DNA from: Amoebidium appalachense | Taxonomy: Eukaryota; Protista; Ichthyosporea | Direction: 5' to 3' | NCBI GenBank assembly: GCA_963693365.1 | Contig: CAVNZM010000013.1 | Coordinates: forward strand, 5,446,640-5,510,639 | DNA: 64,000 nucleotides | Shown here: positions 1 to 14,037 of the stretch, one piece after another | How the letters are laid out: each line of letters begins with the position of its first letter | Numbering within the stretch: the stretch's first letter is position 1 | Translations under genes and position numbers: made by a program | The notes under the pieces: model-generated | Database searches by the model: none | What the model saw: only the letters and a program-made list of their open reading frames with translations | Told to the model about the DNA's origin: nothing

Positions 1-570
1 GCCAAAGCAGAGTGTCACATGCCGGGCACCAAGAAAAAAGGGGGTGGTATCTTTATTCTTCCCTTTCAAACATAATAAACCTTCACATGGATTGTGCATG
101 TTATACAATACCAGCTTCAACAAGAAGACCATTCGTAAAAAAGTGCACCGGCACCTGATTTAAAAAACAAAACCAATCAAGAAAACGGCAAGAGTTAGTT
201 AAAAAAACTGCTTTAAACGGATAGGCTTTCTAAACACCGTGAAAAAGAGGCTGGTATCTAATGTTTAACTCAGGACAATATCGTCATTTCGCTCAACCGA
301 GATACCTACGGCCAAAACCACCCGGATTTCTGGCGTCCACAAGTGTGGGATTGCCCGCAGCTCTGTAATAAGATGAGTGGACACGTGTCTGTGTGTGCAC
401 CTCGTGTCATACGGTTTGTAGGCATTGGGCGAACGGTTACCTATCCACCATACAACCGTTGGCAACTCCCCCGAAATAGAAAATATACACACACATCCGT
501 CGCCCACGCGGACACTGTGACACATGCACGTACACATTCACGCAGACTCACCCACCCACCCACCCACCCC

Positions 571-618
<48 letters not shown>

Positions 619-685
619 ACACAGTCCCACCTCCCTCCACCTCCCCCCTTCTCCCCATCCCCAAACACACACACACGCACACAAA

Positions 686-943
686 TCATAACTCGATGGT
701 ATGCTCCTTGTCACTGCAGGCCACACACATCAACCTCTTGTTTCTCACGACCATAGGCTTCCCAGCCAGCATGGCACTGCATGCCACACATCTGAAATGT
801 GGGGGATGGAACCGCATCCCCTCTGTTTCCAGATAGCTGCCTTCAAGGGGTCTCTGGCATGCTTCACACAGCTGCCCTGTAACACGCCAATAGTGCACCT
901 GTGTGTGTGTGTGGGGGGGGGGGGGGGGGGGGGGGGGGGGGTG

Positions 944-978
<35 letters not shown>

Positions 979-1324
979 CCGGGAGAGGGCGGGGGAGGGG
1001 GGTTGGGGAGGGGGGAGATATCGGTGGGAAGAGGTGAGAAGGGGATATCTTTGAAAATGGGAGACTTTGTGTTGATTATGCAGCATTTCGAATTCGAAAT
1101 ACAGGATTCACGAGATGCAAAATGGAAATGGAGTGCTGAAAGGGAAAGAAATGAACAGACACACCGGAGGACGAGGAGGGGGAAGAAGGGGAGGAAGGGG
1201 GGGGGGGGGGGGGGGGGGGAAGGGGGAAGAGGGAAAACGGGGGGGGGGGGGGGGGGGGGGGCTAGAGAGAGCAAGAGAGACAGCCTTTTTTTTTTTTTTT
1301 TTTTTTTTTGAGGGGAGGGGCGGG

Positions 1325-1360
<36 letters not shown>

Positions 1361-1791
1361 AGGGGGTGGGGGGAGGGGGGGTATGTGGGTGTATGGGCAG
1401 TCAGAGATACACCCATGGATGGTTGTGCGAGACTGAGAGTATGTGGGCTCAGATGGGGACGGGCGGACGATGGTTGGTTGGGATCAGCCGTGTGAATATG
1501 CGAAAAGCCCTGCGCAAGTGCAGAGCGAGTCGATAGGAGGTGGGATTTGTGGGGGGGGAGGGGGGGGAGGGGGGAAGGGGGAGGGGGGGGAGGTGGGGGG
1601 GGGAGATCTAGAGGGAGGGGTAAGAAAGTGTTAAGGAGTTAGAAGTACTGTGACACTGGCTACGGACAACACAATGCCGATTGGGGAAAAAAAAAAAAAA
1701 AAAGCAGACCCAAGAGTTAACGGAGCAACAAGGAAGCCGGTGGAGGAGGGAGCGGGTGGTGTGTGGGTGTGTGAGTTTTTTTTTTTTTTTT

Positions 1792-1833
<42 letters not shown>

Positions 1834-2291
1834 GGGGGGGGATGCTGGACGTATAACGGTCACTAACCTCGCAATAAGCCTTCCCCTTATGCTCCCAAAA
1901 GTCACCGGTAGGGAACTTCTGATCGCACCCACTCTCCATGCATCCGAAGCAGTCCTGGTGCCAGCTCATATCACACGCCTCGAGTACTTCCCCATCCTCT
2001 ACCGCCTTTCCACAGCCACCACACCTAACACCAAATAGCTGCTCGTAGTCTCTCTTGCAGTAGGCCTTGCCCCCGTAGTTGTAGAAGCACTCGTCTGTGT
2101 GCGTGTGTGTGTTTGCGTGTGTGTGTGTGGGGGGGGGGGGGGGGGGGGGAGGGGGGAGGGGGGCTATTTGTGAGTGTGTGTGTGGGCAGGGGGAGGGGGG
2201 AGGGGGGGTGTTTGTGCGTGTGTGTGTGTGTGTGTGTGGGTGGGTGGGGGGAGGGAGGGGGAGGAGTGGTGTTTGTTTTTGTGTGGGCAGA

Positions 2292-2329
<38 letters not shown>

Positions 2330-2347
2330 GTTTGTGTGTGTATATGC

Positions 2348-2416
<69 letters not shown>

Positions 2417-3342
2417 CGCGTGTGTGTTTGTGTGTATTTGTGTGTGTTTGGAAGTTGGGGGTTGGGGAAAGGTGGGGAGGAAGAGGGCGGGGGGGGGGGG
2501 GGGGGGGGGGGGAGAGAGAGAGGGGTTGTGCAGGTGAAGGAGGAAGGGGGGGGTGGGGGGGAGAGGTTGTTGTGAGATGGGACGAAGGAGGGGAAAGCAG
2601 TGGGGAGGGGGGGGGGGGGGGGGGAGAAGCGGGGGGGGGGGGGGGAGGAGAGAGTTGGGGGGAAGAGGGAGGAAGATAATGGGAGGGGGGAAGGAGTGAA
2701 GAGAGAAGGTTTCAAGAAGGGGAATGTATTCCATGGTGTATTCGTGTGGGAGCGAAGAAGTGGGGAGACTGGGGAGACGGAGAAGGTTGGGGGGAGGGGG
2801 AGGGGAGGGGGGCTTGGGTAGAATACGTTGTGATGCAGAGCATGAAATAAGCGTTCACGAGGGACAACACAATGCATATTTTGCAAAGACGAGCAGACCG
2901 TTAGAGTACCGTCATATAGATGGTCCATCCTGGGGTGGAGATCAAGCTATAGAGGGAGAGGAAGGGTGAGAGGGTGGAAGGGTGGGGGGGGGGGGTAGAA
3001 GTGGAGGGTTGAAAGAGAGGGAGAGTCGTATGGAGTGGTGGTGAGTGTTTAGGTTCAGAACTTCAGGGGGGGTCGGGGAAGCGAAAAGAGGAAATAGAAG
3101 GCAATTGAAAATGAGAAGAGGGGGAGGAGGGAGTATGGATTTACGCACCCGTTTCAGCGTGCCTGCCACAGTGAGCGCAGAAGAAGCACTCCCTGTGCCA
3201 GTAGCCCCCCAGTGCCGTGAGGGCATCCTCCCCAGTGTTCTTGTTGCAGTACATGCACGGTGGGCCCTTGGGTTCCGTGGCTCTGTGTGGGGTTAACAAG
3301 GTGTGTGTTATGTGTTGGTTACCTCTTTTGCTCTGTAGTTGT

Positions 3343-3410
<68 letters not shown>

Positions 3411-5083
3411 ATGTGTGCGCGCGCGCAAGGTTATTTGTTGCTTATCTCTTGTTCCGCGTGTGTGTTTTACATGTGCGTGGTCCGACTCCTTTGGTGTGTG
3501 GCTCTGTATGTGTTTAGAGGTTTTGTGTGTTACATATAGCTCATCTCGTTCAACTCTTGCCCCGCGGTCTTTGTATGTGTTTTGAGCAACATGTATGTCA
3601 TGTTGTTCATTTTGAGTTGATATTGCGGTAGTTTTGAAGACTAATGCATTCAGTTGCGGTACGTGCATGCTTGACCCTTGTCTTCCGTGGCTCCTTGTGT
3701 GTGTGAAATAGCACAGTTTCTTGTGTTGAGGAACGTGTGTGAATCTTTGTGTCGTGGTAGGGCTGATGATTTGGGTGTTGGCGGTGAGACAGACGTCGGG
3801 TAAGGGCAGAAGGTGCAAGAGTGCAGGACCAGTTTTCCCCTTTTGCGGTGGGGGAGAGGGGAGGGGAGGGATGTAGTGAAAGGTTGGTGGAGCAAGTTAG
3901 AGAAAGATGTCAGGAGGAGGTCGGGTGGGGTTGGTGGGTGTGTATGTGTGTGTGTGTGTTGGGGGGGGATGGGGGGGGGTGGGGGAACGGGGGGGGTAGC
4001 TAATAAGGCAAGATGACAGATCTTCCGTTACAGGATTGTTGAGAGTGGGAGAACATACTCGAGTGTGAGTGCTCTAGGGGTAGGGCTGGACCTCTCCACA
4101 GCCAGTTTAACCCTATCCACCAACTCCTGGTCCCCACAGCTGTCCACACGCACACCAAGGCTGGACAGGCTGCTGCGTAGATCGGCAACGGAGGAGCAGT
4201 TGGGGTCGGAACGGGAGGAGGTTTGGTCCAAATCTTGCGAATTTGGAGAGAGTTTCTGTAACGGGAAATGTATGTTATTAGTTTTGATAGAGCTAGTGGT
4301 GTGTATGTGTGCTTACACGTGCGAAAGGGAAGTGCAGGGAGGAGGGGGGGGGGAGGGGGTGGGGCTGCATGGGCACGTGCATATGCTGAGGTGCTTAGGG
4401 CTGGGGAGGGGGAAATGGCAACTTATTATATGTACTTGTAATAGTGGTCATGGGTGGTGGGAAGGGAAGAGGGAGAGGGGGCGGAATGGGGAGGAAGGGG
4501 GAGGGGGGCGGGGAAGGGGGGGGGGGGGGGGGGGGGGAATGCACCGCACCGGCCACAAGTGTTTGCATGGAATCTCGTTCCTTATATAAACTTCACAGAT
4601 GCGTGACAAACACAATGCGGGGAAATTGGGGTCACTTTATCATTCATTCTGTTTCATAAGCGTGCTCAGGCCATGTTGCACTCATGTAAACCCAGAATGA
4701 CCAGGTTCAGAAACCGTAGACCATACCTGCCACTCCACTGCGGAGGTGACCGGCGGATCTTCAACCTGCTTATTCTCAGCTGGTGGCGCGTTCATTTCAG
4801 CAGCCTTTTGTGAAGATGCTGTGCTAACCTTTTTCTCCAACGCCTTTTTTGTTTTTTCTGGAGACTGCTTGCCAATAGCTTCATCCTGTTTCTGGACTGG
4901 TTTTGTACCATGTTCGCTCACAGTTATGGTAATAGGAGCATGGATCTTTTCCTTTACTTCTGGTGTGCTTGGCTTTACCACCTCCATTCCGCTCTTAGCA
5001 TCTTTTCCATCGAGAGAGTTAGCCGAACCACGGCGTTTTGCCTTGTTTGACTTCCCCTTCTTGAAAAAGCTAAAGAGGCCCAT
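686..5083 (-). CDS. Triple LIM-domain protein (paxillin/zyxin-like C-terminus), ~375 aa; exons 5083-4727, 4255-4059, 3282-3149, 2094-1868, 898-686
   Basis: All four introns are GT-AG and phases match (0,2,1,0). The spliced product has three LIM zinc fingers: [42 protein letters not shown] and [20 protein letters not shown]. The N-terminus [18 protein letters not shown] is followed by a low-complexity K/E/S/P region. Confidence 0.9.
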
Positions 5084-5099
5084 TTTTGCTGATTTCTGA

Positions 5100-5700
5100 T
5101 AAATAAGATAGCGCGCGGATACTAAGATAGAGAAAACCTCGTTGGGGAAGCTTGATTAGGAACTCCCTAAAAGCATTCACACTCAAGTTTCAAAGATGTG
5201 AAAAGGAGCCGTTTTTTCCAAACTAACCATCCTTTCATTCAATTTTTGGCACTACTGGTGACTGTATGTATATTAGGCCTATTTTCTTGTTACGAGGCTT
5301 TGTCGGCTTTGCGTGTGTTTTTGGCACAGGCACGTACCCCATTCACCCTAGATCTTATAGTCTACCCTGTGTTTTTGGTTTATGAAGAAAAATGACGTAG
5401 AAATCTCCTGAATAAGGCTATTGCTCTGGGAGGTTTTTCCGGGCTTCATGAACCCGATTGGACAGATAAACCGCAAAGCGTTTCGATTGGCTCGAAATCT
5501 TGGTCACAACCTGATTGGTGCAGCGCGCACCGCTCGGTGTGCGAAAACCAAGTGGCGCATGTGCATCTGGCGAAAGAGAGCCCCACCTCGTTCCCACCTC
5601 CAAAAAGTCACACAGGTATGCATTTTGTAGGGCTTGCAAAGTAGTTCCGGATAATGGATAAATCTTTCACATCAACCTCCAACCCTAACTAGCGCACACG
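5100..5700. promoter_or_regulatory. Probable promoter region of the LIM gene, with clustered CCAAT boxes
   Basis: Microsatellite-free DNA upstream of the ATG at 5083. GATTGG at ~5456, ~5485 and ~5513 reads CCAATC on the gene strand. Confidence 0.35.
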
Positions 5701-6072
5701 GCGTCGAACACCAATACTAATACACGAGACCTGCATGAGGCCAACTCCGTAAGGGCTGTTGACGTCCACATGTACAGAGTCGCTTCGACCTCAGGTAATC
5801 CTCGCATTTTCTTTTCCTTCAGTCACTCCATTCACTTCATTTCCGTCCGATGCCAGCAGCCCCCTCCCCCACCTTTTGCCCCCCTCCCCCCCCCCCCCCT
5901 CCCCCCCCTCCCCCCTTCCAACTCTCCTTCCCTGAGGCTCCCATTTAAACCTCAAGAGCCGCTTTCCTTCTCTATTCAAGAGGCTCAGGCTGAAATCTCA
6001 GGCCCCTGGTCCAATTGCTTGCAAGTTTGTGCTCCTTTTTTTATGTCTCCCACTGGCACCCTCCTCCCCCCC

Positions 6073-6109
<37 letters not shown>

Positions 6110-7171
6110 CCCCCCCTCCCCGCCCCTCCTCCCCCCCCCTCCCCCCTACCCCCTCATCCACACCCACACCCACGCCCCCGTACTGTAAACCAGTGCGTAG
6201 TACACCCACACCAACAGCTACACACGCACACACACGCGCGCACACACACGCACACACACATACACACACACACACACAAACACACACACAAGAACACACA
6301 CAAGCACGCACGCACACACGCACGCACACGCACACACCTAAATGTCCACAAACGCGCGTGAGCGCGCGCGCACACACACAAAGCACGCAAGCACGCACGC
6401 GTGCACACACATGTGCACCACACAGACACGCACGTGACACAACACACATATGTGCATCACAAAGACACGCACACAACACACACACGCGCGCGCGTGCGCC
6501 CGTACACACGTCTACACACGCCTACTCACACGCAGCCCACTCTCCGCTCTTTCGTCTGGCCAACTCTACTGAGAACTCTACTGACTTTACCTAAATTGGG
6601 AACTGTTACGCAACAACACGATATTTCGTGCACCGTGCTGGCTGGCCATGGTGGCTCACCGGCGCGCAACATGAGCCAATCATCCACGCACTGCTTTTGG
6701 GCTTGAAAAGACCTCAGAATACGGAGAAATGAACCGGGGAAGCCCTTCTCAACATGGAAACCAAAGCCTCAAAAGCATACAGTCGAACTATAGTACCGAA
6801 TTACGGCACTGATGTCTTCGGAAGAATTTTACACCCTCTGAGAAAGGCAGATCCTTTTCAGTTTGTGCCTGCTCCTTCGTGAGATCACGTTTGTTATCAC
6901 AACGGTTTGGCAACGTCAAAACGTAGCCTCGTTGCACCAAGCATCTTTTCACTACTTATATATGTAAATTCTGGGTTATTATTTCAGCACTAATCATTGA
7001 TTCAGAAGGGGTTTTCAGTTTACTGTACATTCCCAGTGTCCCGTGTTTGCGCAGAATCTGTCGGCGTGCACGTCGAGGATAACTACTAAATGTACCTCTT
7101 CAGCCTAAAGTCAGCCAAACATATGTGGTTTGATTTTTCACATGGCCATAACTTAACCTGCTCGTCCGCAG

Positions 7172-7428
7172 GAGGTCAGAGCGCTCGTTGCATCCCTGGA
7201 CCTGCCGCAGTACTACGAGCCCATCTTCCTGCTGCTCAGAAGGATCTTTGAAAACCTGTCCAAAAACGTAGACATTGAGATACGGCGGAAGATGGTGGAT
7301 GCTATCAGAAATGCGGTGATGGCCGGGTACATGGCGACCACAAGATACGCAAAGGGGAGAGGGCAAAGTTGCATGTTACAACGGAGGAGAGGAAGAAACT
7401 GACGGGGATGTTGAGGTGTGTGTGTGTG

Positions 7429-7459
<31 letters not shown>

Positions 7460-7784
7460 AGGGGGGGGGAGGGGGGGGGGAGAAAGGGGAAGGAGGGTTG
7501 GAAGGAGGGGAGGGGGGAGGGGGACAGGGGGAGGTGGGAGGGGAGGGAGGTGGGGGGGGGAGGGAGAGAGAGGGAGGTGGGGGGGGGAGGGAGAGAGAGG
7601 GAGGGGGGTAGGCTGCAGGGGATGGGTCGAGGGGTTGGTGGGTTGGGGGTAGAAGGGGGGGGGGAGTGAGGGGGGAGAAGAAGGGGTCGAGGGGAGGGGG
7701 GAGGGTTGGGTTGGCTGGGGATTGGGGTTTGGGAGGGATGGAAGGTACAGAGCATATTGGAACGGGTAAGTGTGTGTGTGTGTC

Positions 7785-7824
<40 letters not shown>

Positions 7825-9541
7825 GGAAGGGCGGGGGGGGGGGGGGGGGGGGGGGAGGGGAGGGGGGGGGGAGGTGATGGGGTTGGTAGAGTCGGTTTGA
7901 ATGAAGACAGGGAGTAAAGGGGGGCCGGATTTTGAGGGTGACGGGATGGATTTGGGGGGAGGGGAGAGTGGAAAGGGTTAAGAGGCGTGGGGAGGAGGGG
8001 AGGGGGAGGGGAGGGGGGTTGTGATGGAGTGTGAACAGGGTAGGGGAGGAGGGAAGGGTGGTGGGGACATGGTGTAGTGGGGTCTTGAAAGGTGGAGAGG
8101 AAACGGAGAGGGAGGGGGGTGGGGGGATGGAAAATGTATCGCGTGTCTCTGCGAACGGGTAGGCAGGGGGTGAAGGGGGGGAGGGGGTGGGGTGGGGGGA
8201 GGGGGCCATTTGAGGAGAGGGGAGGGTGCATGTGGGTACCAGGGGAAGTGGGGTTGGATTTGTCCGGGGGAAAAGGGGGGGGGGGGGGGGGGAGGGGGGG
8301 GGGGAGGGGGGGGGGGGGGGGAGAGATTCGGGGACAGTTTGGGGAAAGTGGATGCCGAGGGGATGGAGTAAGTGAGGCAGGGGTTGGGGGGGGGGGGGGG
8401 GGGGGGGGGGGGGAGGGAGTTTTTCTCCACCCTTAAGACCGATCAAACAACTAAGTCGTTCTCCAAATAGGTTTGTTTGCATTTTGCCGTCCAAGGTTAG
8501 CTTCTTTCCTCCTTGTTTCCATTCACTCCATACACTAAAACCGTGCAAATTGCAACATTTCTTAACCGATTCACCAACACATTGACCTTTCTCTTCCTGT
8601 GTTCGTTCTCCACAGGGAGGTGTTCTCACGGGCCATCTTTGAGCGGAGTGTTGTGGGCACACCTGGGATCTCATGTGACACAAAGGTGGATGCTGAGACC
8701 CTGCCCGTCATTCTCTCCTTCATCACTGAGCCCGCATTCCTGGTTGCACTGGTAACCCCCCCCCCCCCCCCCCCAAAAAAAAAAAAAAAAAAACCCTCCC
8801 TGCTCCCCTTTCTCTGCTCCCCTTCTTCTGCTACGCTCTTTATGCCCCCCTCTTTCTTGCCAACCAACCAACCCCCTTCCCCCCCTCCCCCCCCCCCCCC
8901 CCCCCCCCTCACCCCCACACACACACCCACACACCCACCCCGGCAGCTCGCTTCTTTTCAAATCTACCCACCCAACCTCCATCCTCCCGTCCCCCCTTTC
9001 TTCCCATCTCCCAACTCTTCTTCTTCCCTCCTTGTTGCCGCCCCCACCCCCCCCCCCCCCTCCCCCCACCCCCCCGCCCCCACCTCCTCCTCCCCCTCTC
9101 CTCCCACCTCTCCCCCCACTCTCCATTCCTCCCCCCCCCCCCCCCCCCCGGCCACCCTCCTAACTCCATCCCATCCTTCCCTCCCCCTTTCCCCCCCTCC
9201 CCCTCCCCCCCCCCCCCCCCACACACACACACACACACCCCCTCCCCCGCTGTTCCTTCCCCTTTTACTCCCTCCTGCTCGCCCTTCCGTTCTTCGACCC
9301 ACTTTACATCCTCCCCTTCCGATATACAGGAACATATATCCCTCGCCTAAACAGTTCCCACTCTAACCTCACAACCATGTGTACCCATTTCATGGCACCC
9401 GCCAGTACTCACTGCCGGTACCTTCAACACAAAAGCAAAATGCAGATCTGCAGAGTGGGATGGTTAAACTGGAATAGCATTGGTTTTCGAATCATGAGCG
9501 AGATGTGTGTGTGTGTGTGCCACGGGGTAAAGGAGGGATTG

Positions 9542-9585
<44 letters not shown>

Positions 9586-10398
9586 AGGTGGAAATTTAGG
9601 CTAAAGGGAGAGGGATGTGGAGGGGAGGTGGGTGATAAGGGAGAGAGAGGGAACGGATAAGGGAGGGCATAGATAAGGGGTTTGTGATGAAAATAATCAG
9701 AAAGAAAATAATGCGAACTTCATGAAAGTTAAGAATATCTGTGGGACCAGAAATGATATGAGTTAGAGAAAAGGTTGCCCCCTCCCCCCCCCCCCCCCCC
9801 CCCCCCTCCCCCCACCACACCTGCTACGCAGGCCCCGTATCCCCCCATACCCTCCTTGTTTCCATATCTCTTCTTTAAGTCTTACTTTTTTCTTCGTTGG
9901 TTATCCTCCTGTTATCTTGTGGCTTTCCGGGGGAAGCAAGGGGTGGGGGTGAGGGAAAACGGTTAGGGAAGTAGGTGGAGAGGGGATGGGAGTGGATGGA
10001 GAGGGCCGGAGGGGGGGGGGGGGGGGGAGGGGGGGGAGGGGGGAGCTGTCCTTGCGAGTTTGTGGGGAAGAAGAATTAAGATGGTGACAAAACTCTGTAC
10101 AGAACGAGGTGGAAAGTGGGTGGGAGGCACGCGAGGAGAAGAAGAACTCAGTTGCACCAGCAGAGGCAGGGGATCTCTTGCATGCGGTATCAGATCCCCC
10201 CTCTTTCCTCCTGTCCCCCTTTCATAGCCTACAAAAAAGGAAAGAAAGAGAGATAGAAGTTAAGACAGGACACACACACGTGCACGTTTGAGATGGTGAC
10301 AAAACTCTGTACAGAACGAGGTGGAAAGTGGGTGGGAGGCACGCGAGGAGAAGAAGAACTCAGTTGCACCAGCAGAGGCAGGGGGTCTCTTGCATGCG
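7172..10398 (+). CDS. Partial hypothetical protein; internal exons 7172-7326, 8616-8751, 10103-10186 and duplicate 10315-10398; first and last exons unresolved
   Basis: Islands of high-complexity sequence bounded by CAG/GT inside low-complexity DNA. Phases match (2,0,0). Spliced peptide: EVRALVASLDLPQYYEPIFLLLRRIFENLSKNVDIEIRRKMVDAIRNAVMAG-EVFSRAIFERSVVGTPGISCDTKVDAETLPVILSFITEPAFLVAL-NEVESGWEAREEKKNSVAPAEAGDLLHA. A TTAAC branch-like motif precedes 7171. No family recognised. Confidence 0.6.
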
Positions 10399-10502
10399 GT
10401 ATCAGATCCCCCCTCTTTCCTCCTGTCCCCCTTTCATAGCCTACAAAAAAGGAAAGAAAGAGAGATAGAAGTTAAGACAGGACACACACACGTGCGCGTT
10501 TG
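10079..10502 (+). repeat. Direct tandem duplication, 2 x 212 bp (10079-10290, 10291-10502), each containing an 84-nt phase-0 exon
   Basis: The copies are identical apart from two substitutions I could see: GAT/GGT in the exon and tgcac/tgcgc in the intron. Confidence 0.9.
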
Positions 10503-10628
10503 CCGGAAACACACATACACACACAAATGCGCACAAGCCCACAAAAGCGCATGTACGCACATGTCCGAAAGCACCAACACGCACAGGCGGGTGCACACGC
10601 GCGCGTACATGCGCCACGTGCGCAAATA

Positions 10629-10675
<47 letters not shown>

Positions 10676-10765
10676 CACCAAAAATACTCACACCCTGTCG
10701 CGAACACACCTATACACACACACACACACACACATGCATACACACACACGCACGCACCCTCGCGC

Positions 10766-10828
<63 letters not shown>

Positions 10829-12746
10829 CTGCTTGCGCAACTCTCCTCCTCTCTTTTTATATACTTTTTTAACGATCACGAGTTCCAACATCATATGTAT
10901 TCTTTTGATTGGCAGGGACTTGGGGGAGAAAGATGGATGGGGGGAAAGGGGTAGTGACAACCTTAAAGAAAACACACAAAAATATGAATCTGCTTACAAG
11001 TTACTGGTGCTAGTGTAGCTTTCTAACTATATAGTTTATTGGTCAGAGGGGGGAACCCCGGGGGGGGGGGGGGGGGGGGGGTAAACAGGTTACAGATAGC
11101 ACACAACAATACACGATGAATCTGATAAATAATGATTTTATCCCATTTTAACGGTATCGTTTGATTGGCAGACACCACCAAAGCACAACCTGGTATACAG
11201 CAATTCACCAAGGGTGCCGCCACGGGATAGACCTTGTGGGCAAATAGTGGGGTACCGACTGTCGAAAATTTCCTATGTGTGAGCAAAAAAAAACCTGGCA
11301 TGCAGTATTATAAACCACGTCGGGAAAAATTACTGATCAAAGAATGGTGGTGGCGGCGGCGGTGGCGGTGGTGATGGCAGGGAAAAGAATGGAGGAGGGT
11401 AAAATCCTGTTTCGAATGCTCGAACTTTTGGAGCACCTTGGATTTGTGGTGATCATGAATATGCTGGTTTATTGCAGGAAGGTTTAAGAAATCCTTTTGT
11501 CCTTTTTTCTATGTGAATGGTTTGGAAATTTGTGTAAAAAATGCGCCTTCACAGCGTGTGATAATCTGTCAGTTTTACGACCATTGTAAAATTTATGTGA
11601 TTAGTGCCGTGTGTCTATCCTTGAACAACGCACGTGTGAGAAAGAGAGATCTCTAGAGAAAGGAGCTATTGTGAGCAAACTGCATGAAGCCACGTATAAA
11701 GACTTACCTGCCAAGCTTCTGAACACGCGCACAAACACCCACGCACACACATACGCAACACACACGCACGCACACACGCACACACGCACACGCATGCACA
11801 CACACACACACATGCACACACGTGCGCACGTGCGCCTCCAAACACACACACACACGCACGCACGCACGCATGCACATACACGCACACACACACACACACA
11901 CAATCGTGCATGTATGTACGAATACACTGTGTGGAATGAGACTAATATTAACTACTGGTGAATTATATGTACGCGTGATTGGCTACCGAGGTACATTTAT
12001 AACCTACGTATACTACTGTCCATGCACGTGGGCGTGGGTTTATCAGACATATCTATTGCTAGGTGGCAAAAAAAGCCACCACCCACCCCTTAGAGAGTTT
12101 AAATTTTATATTCGGTGTTTGGGTCGCATGCTCAAATCCCGTTGGTCATTTGGTTTATGCATGTACAAGTACAAATGACACCCTAGGCTGGGGTTAAATT
12201 TCGTAACTTGAGCATACGCCTCTTGCTAAGATAACCATTGTAAGTCATGATGATTGCCCCATCAGGTGGCTCGTATAAACTTATTGCATTAATGAGTTAT
12301 GCAACCAATTGAATAATGATCATAAATATGTACCACTCCATGGATCCTAGTAATATGAGAAGGCATGTGAAGATGCGGGTTTGCTTCCTTTGCCCCATCC
12401 CCCCTTCCTCCCCCCCCCCCCCCCCCCCCCCCCACCAACACCCCCCCGCGAACGCATATGTACGCATGCTACCCCACAACACCCTCTCCCCCCCCCCCCC
12501 CCCCCCCACCCCCCCCCCGGCCCAAAGGTAGATAATGCAATTGTCATTTACATTCTAGGCATATTAAAGTGTCACCACCGGTCACCAGGTTACTTTACCC
12601 CCGTCCCCTCCTCCTCAGCCTGTCCAAACAAATACGCACACACACCGTGACACACACATAAGCACAAAGCGTCACGAGAGGAGGGTATTCTGTGGGGAAG
12701 GGGGAGGGAGGGGAGGGGACGGAGTTTCGAAAGGGAAGGAGAGATG

Positions 12747-12777
<31 letters not shown>

Positions 12778-13394
12778 GGGGGGGGAGGGAGGGGGGAGGG
12801 GGGGGGGGGTACTCTTTGGCCTCTGTTCGTGTATGATTGCTTGTTAATTTTTATCTGGAGGTTGAACTACATGGCATACCATCGCCATCCCAATCATTGA
12901 AGAGCTTGTAATGCGCCTGCCTCCCTCTGAAGGTGTGTGAACTGGACGTCAATGTAATGCACACAACAAAAAATAAACACAAATACCCAATAAGTTGAAC
13001 ATGGGTTTTCAACACAACCTGGTCAAAAAGGGATGTCCACAAACAGCCATTGCAGCTCTGCTAAATTTGGAGGCGAAACACTTTCATAAGTGAAAATGCT
13101 GAAGTCTATTCAGCTTGTTATCTGTCTGATTTGAATTCATATAAAGCTGCATTTCGCAGCGGTTTTGGTATGGTGGTGTGGGTTTGCCCTGAGAATTGGG
13201 CATTGTTTTGCCAAAGACTTGTAAAACCTTAGATTGCTTGTACATATGCATCATCATGTTTGAACGTGTGGCCAAGGGCATGGTGCTGGGTGTACGTACG
13301 AGAAGGGCAAATACATACGTGTGTACCTGTGCGTGAGGGTTCAAAGTCTTAATTCATAAAAAAATGATCATGCTACTTAATTATAAAAACGCGC

Positions 13395-13487
<93 letters not shown>

Positions 13488-13997
13488 TGTGTTTGTGTGC
13501 CATACATGTGCTTGTTTGTCTGCCTGAGTCTGTTAAGGCCATGCACTAGCCGTGTGGAGAATTGTGTGGCCATGGCCGCGGGTGTGCAGCACACACGTGT
13601 GCAACGTATGCATCATCCGCAGGTTTTGCAAACTGCACATAAGCCGCTATGTGAGTGCCAATGGCGTGTGAACATGCAGCAGTGTGAGCACGTGAGTGGG
13701 CGTGCGTGTGTGCGTGTGTGCGTGTAGGTGTTCGTGCATGTTATATGTATCAGTAAAACGTTTGCGGCTGGGGAACATGAAAATGTGCGCACAGAGCATG
13801 AGCGAGACAGTAGTAGAAAAGGTAGTAGAAACGGAAAGTGTCATCATGTTTCCACATGAATATTCGGTGATGATTTTTCGCTCATTTGCAGAGTGTAGTG
13901 CACTGTGCATCTTTACAGACTGCGGTCTGACTGTAGTCTTCAGGATATTTACCCACTGACTTACGTAAGTGGCCGGGCACTACTACGCCACGGGACG

Positions 13998-14037
<40 letters not shown>

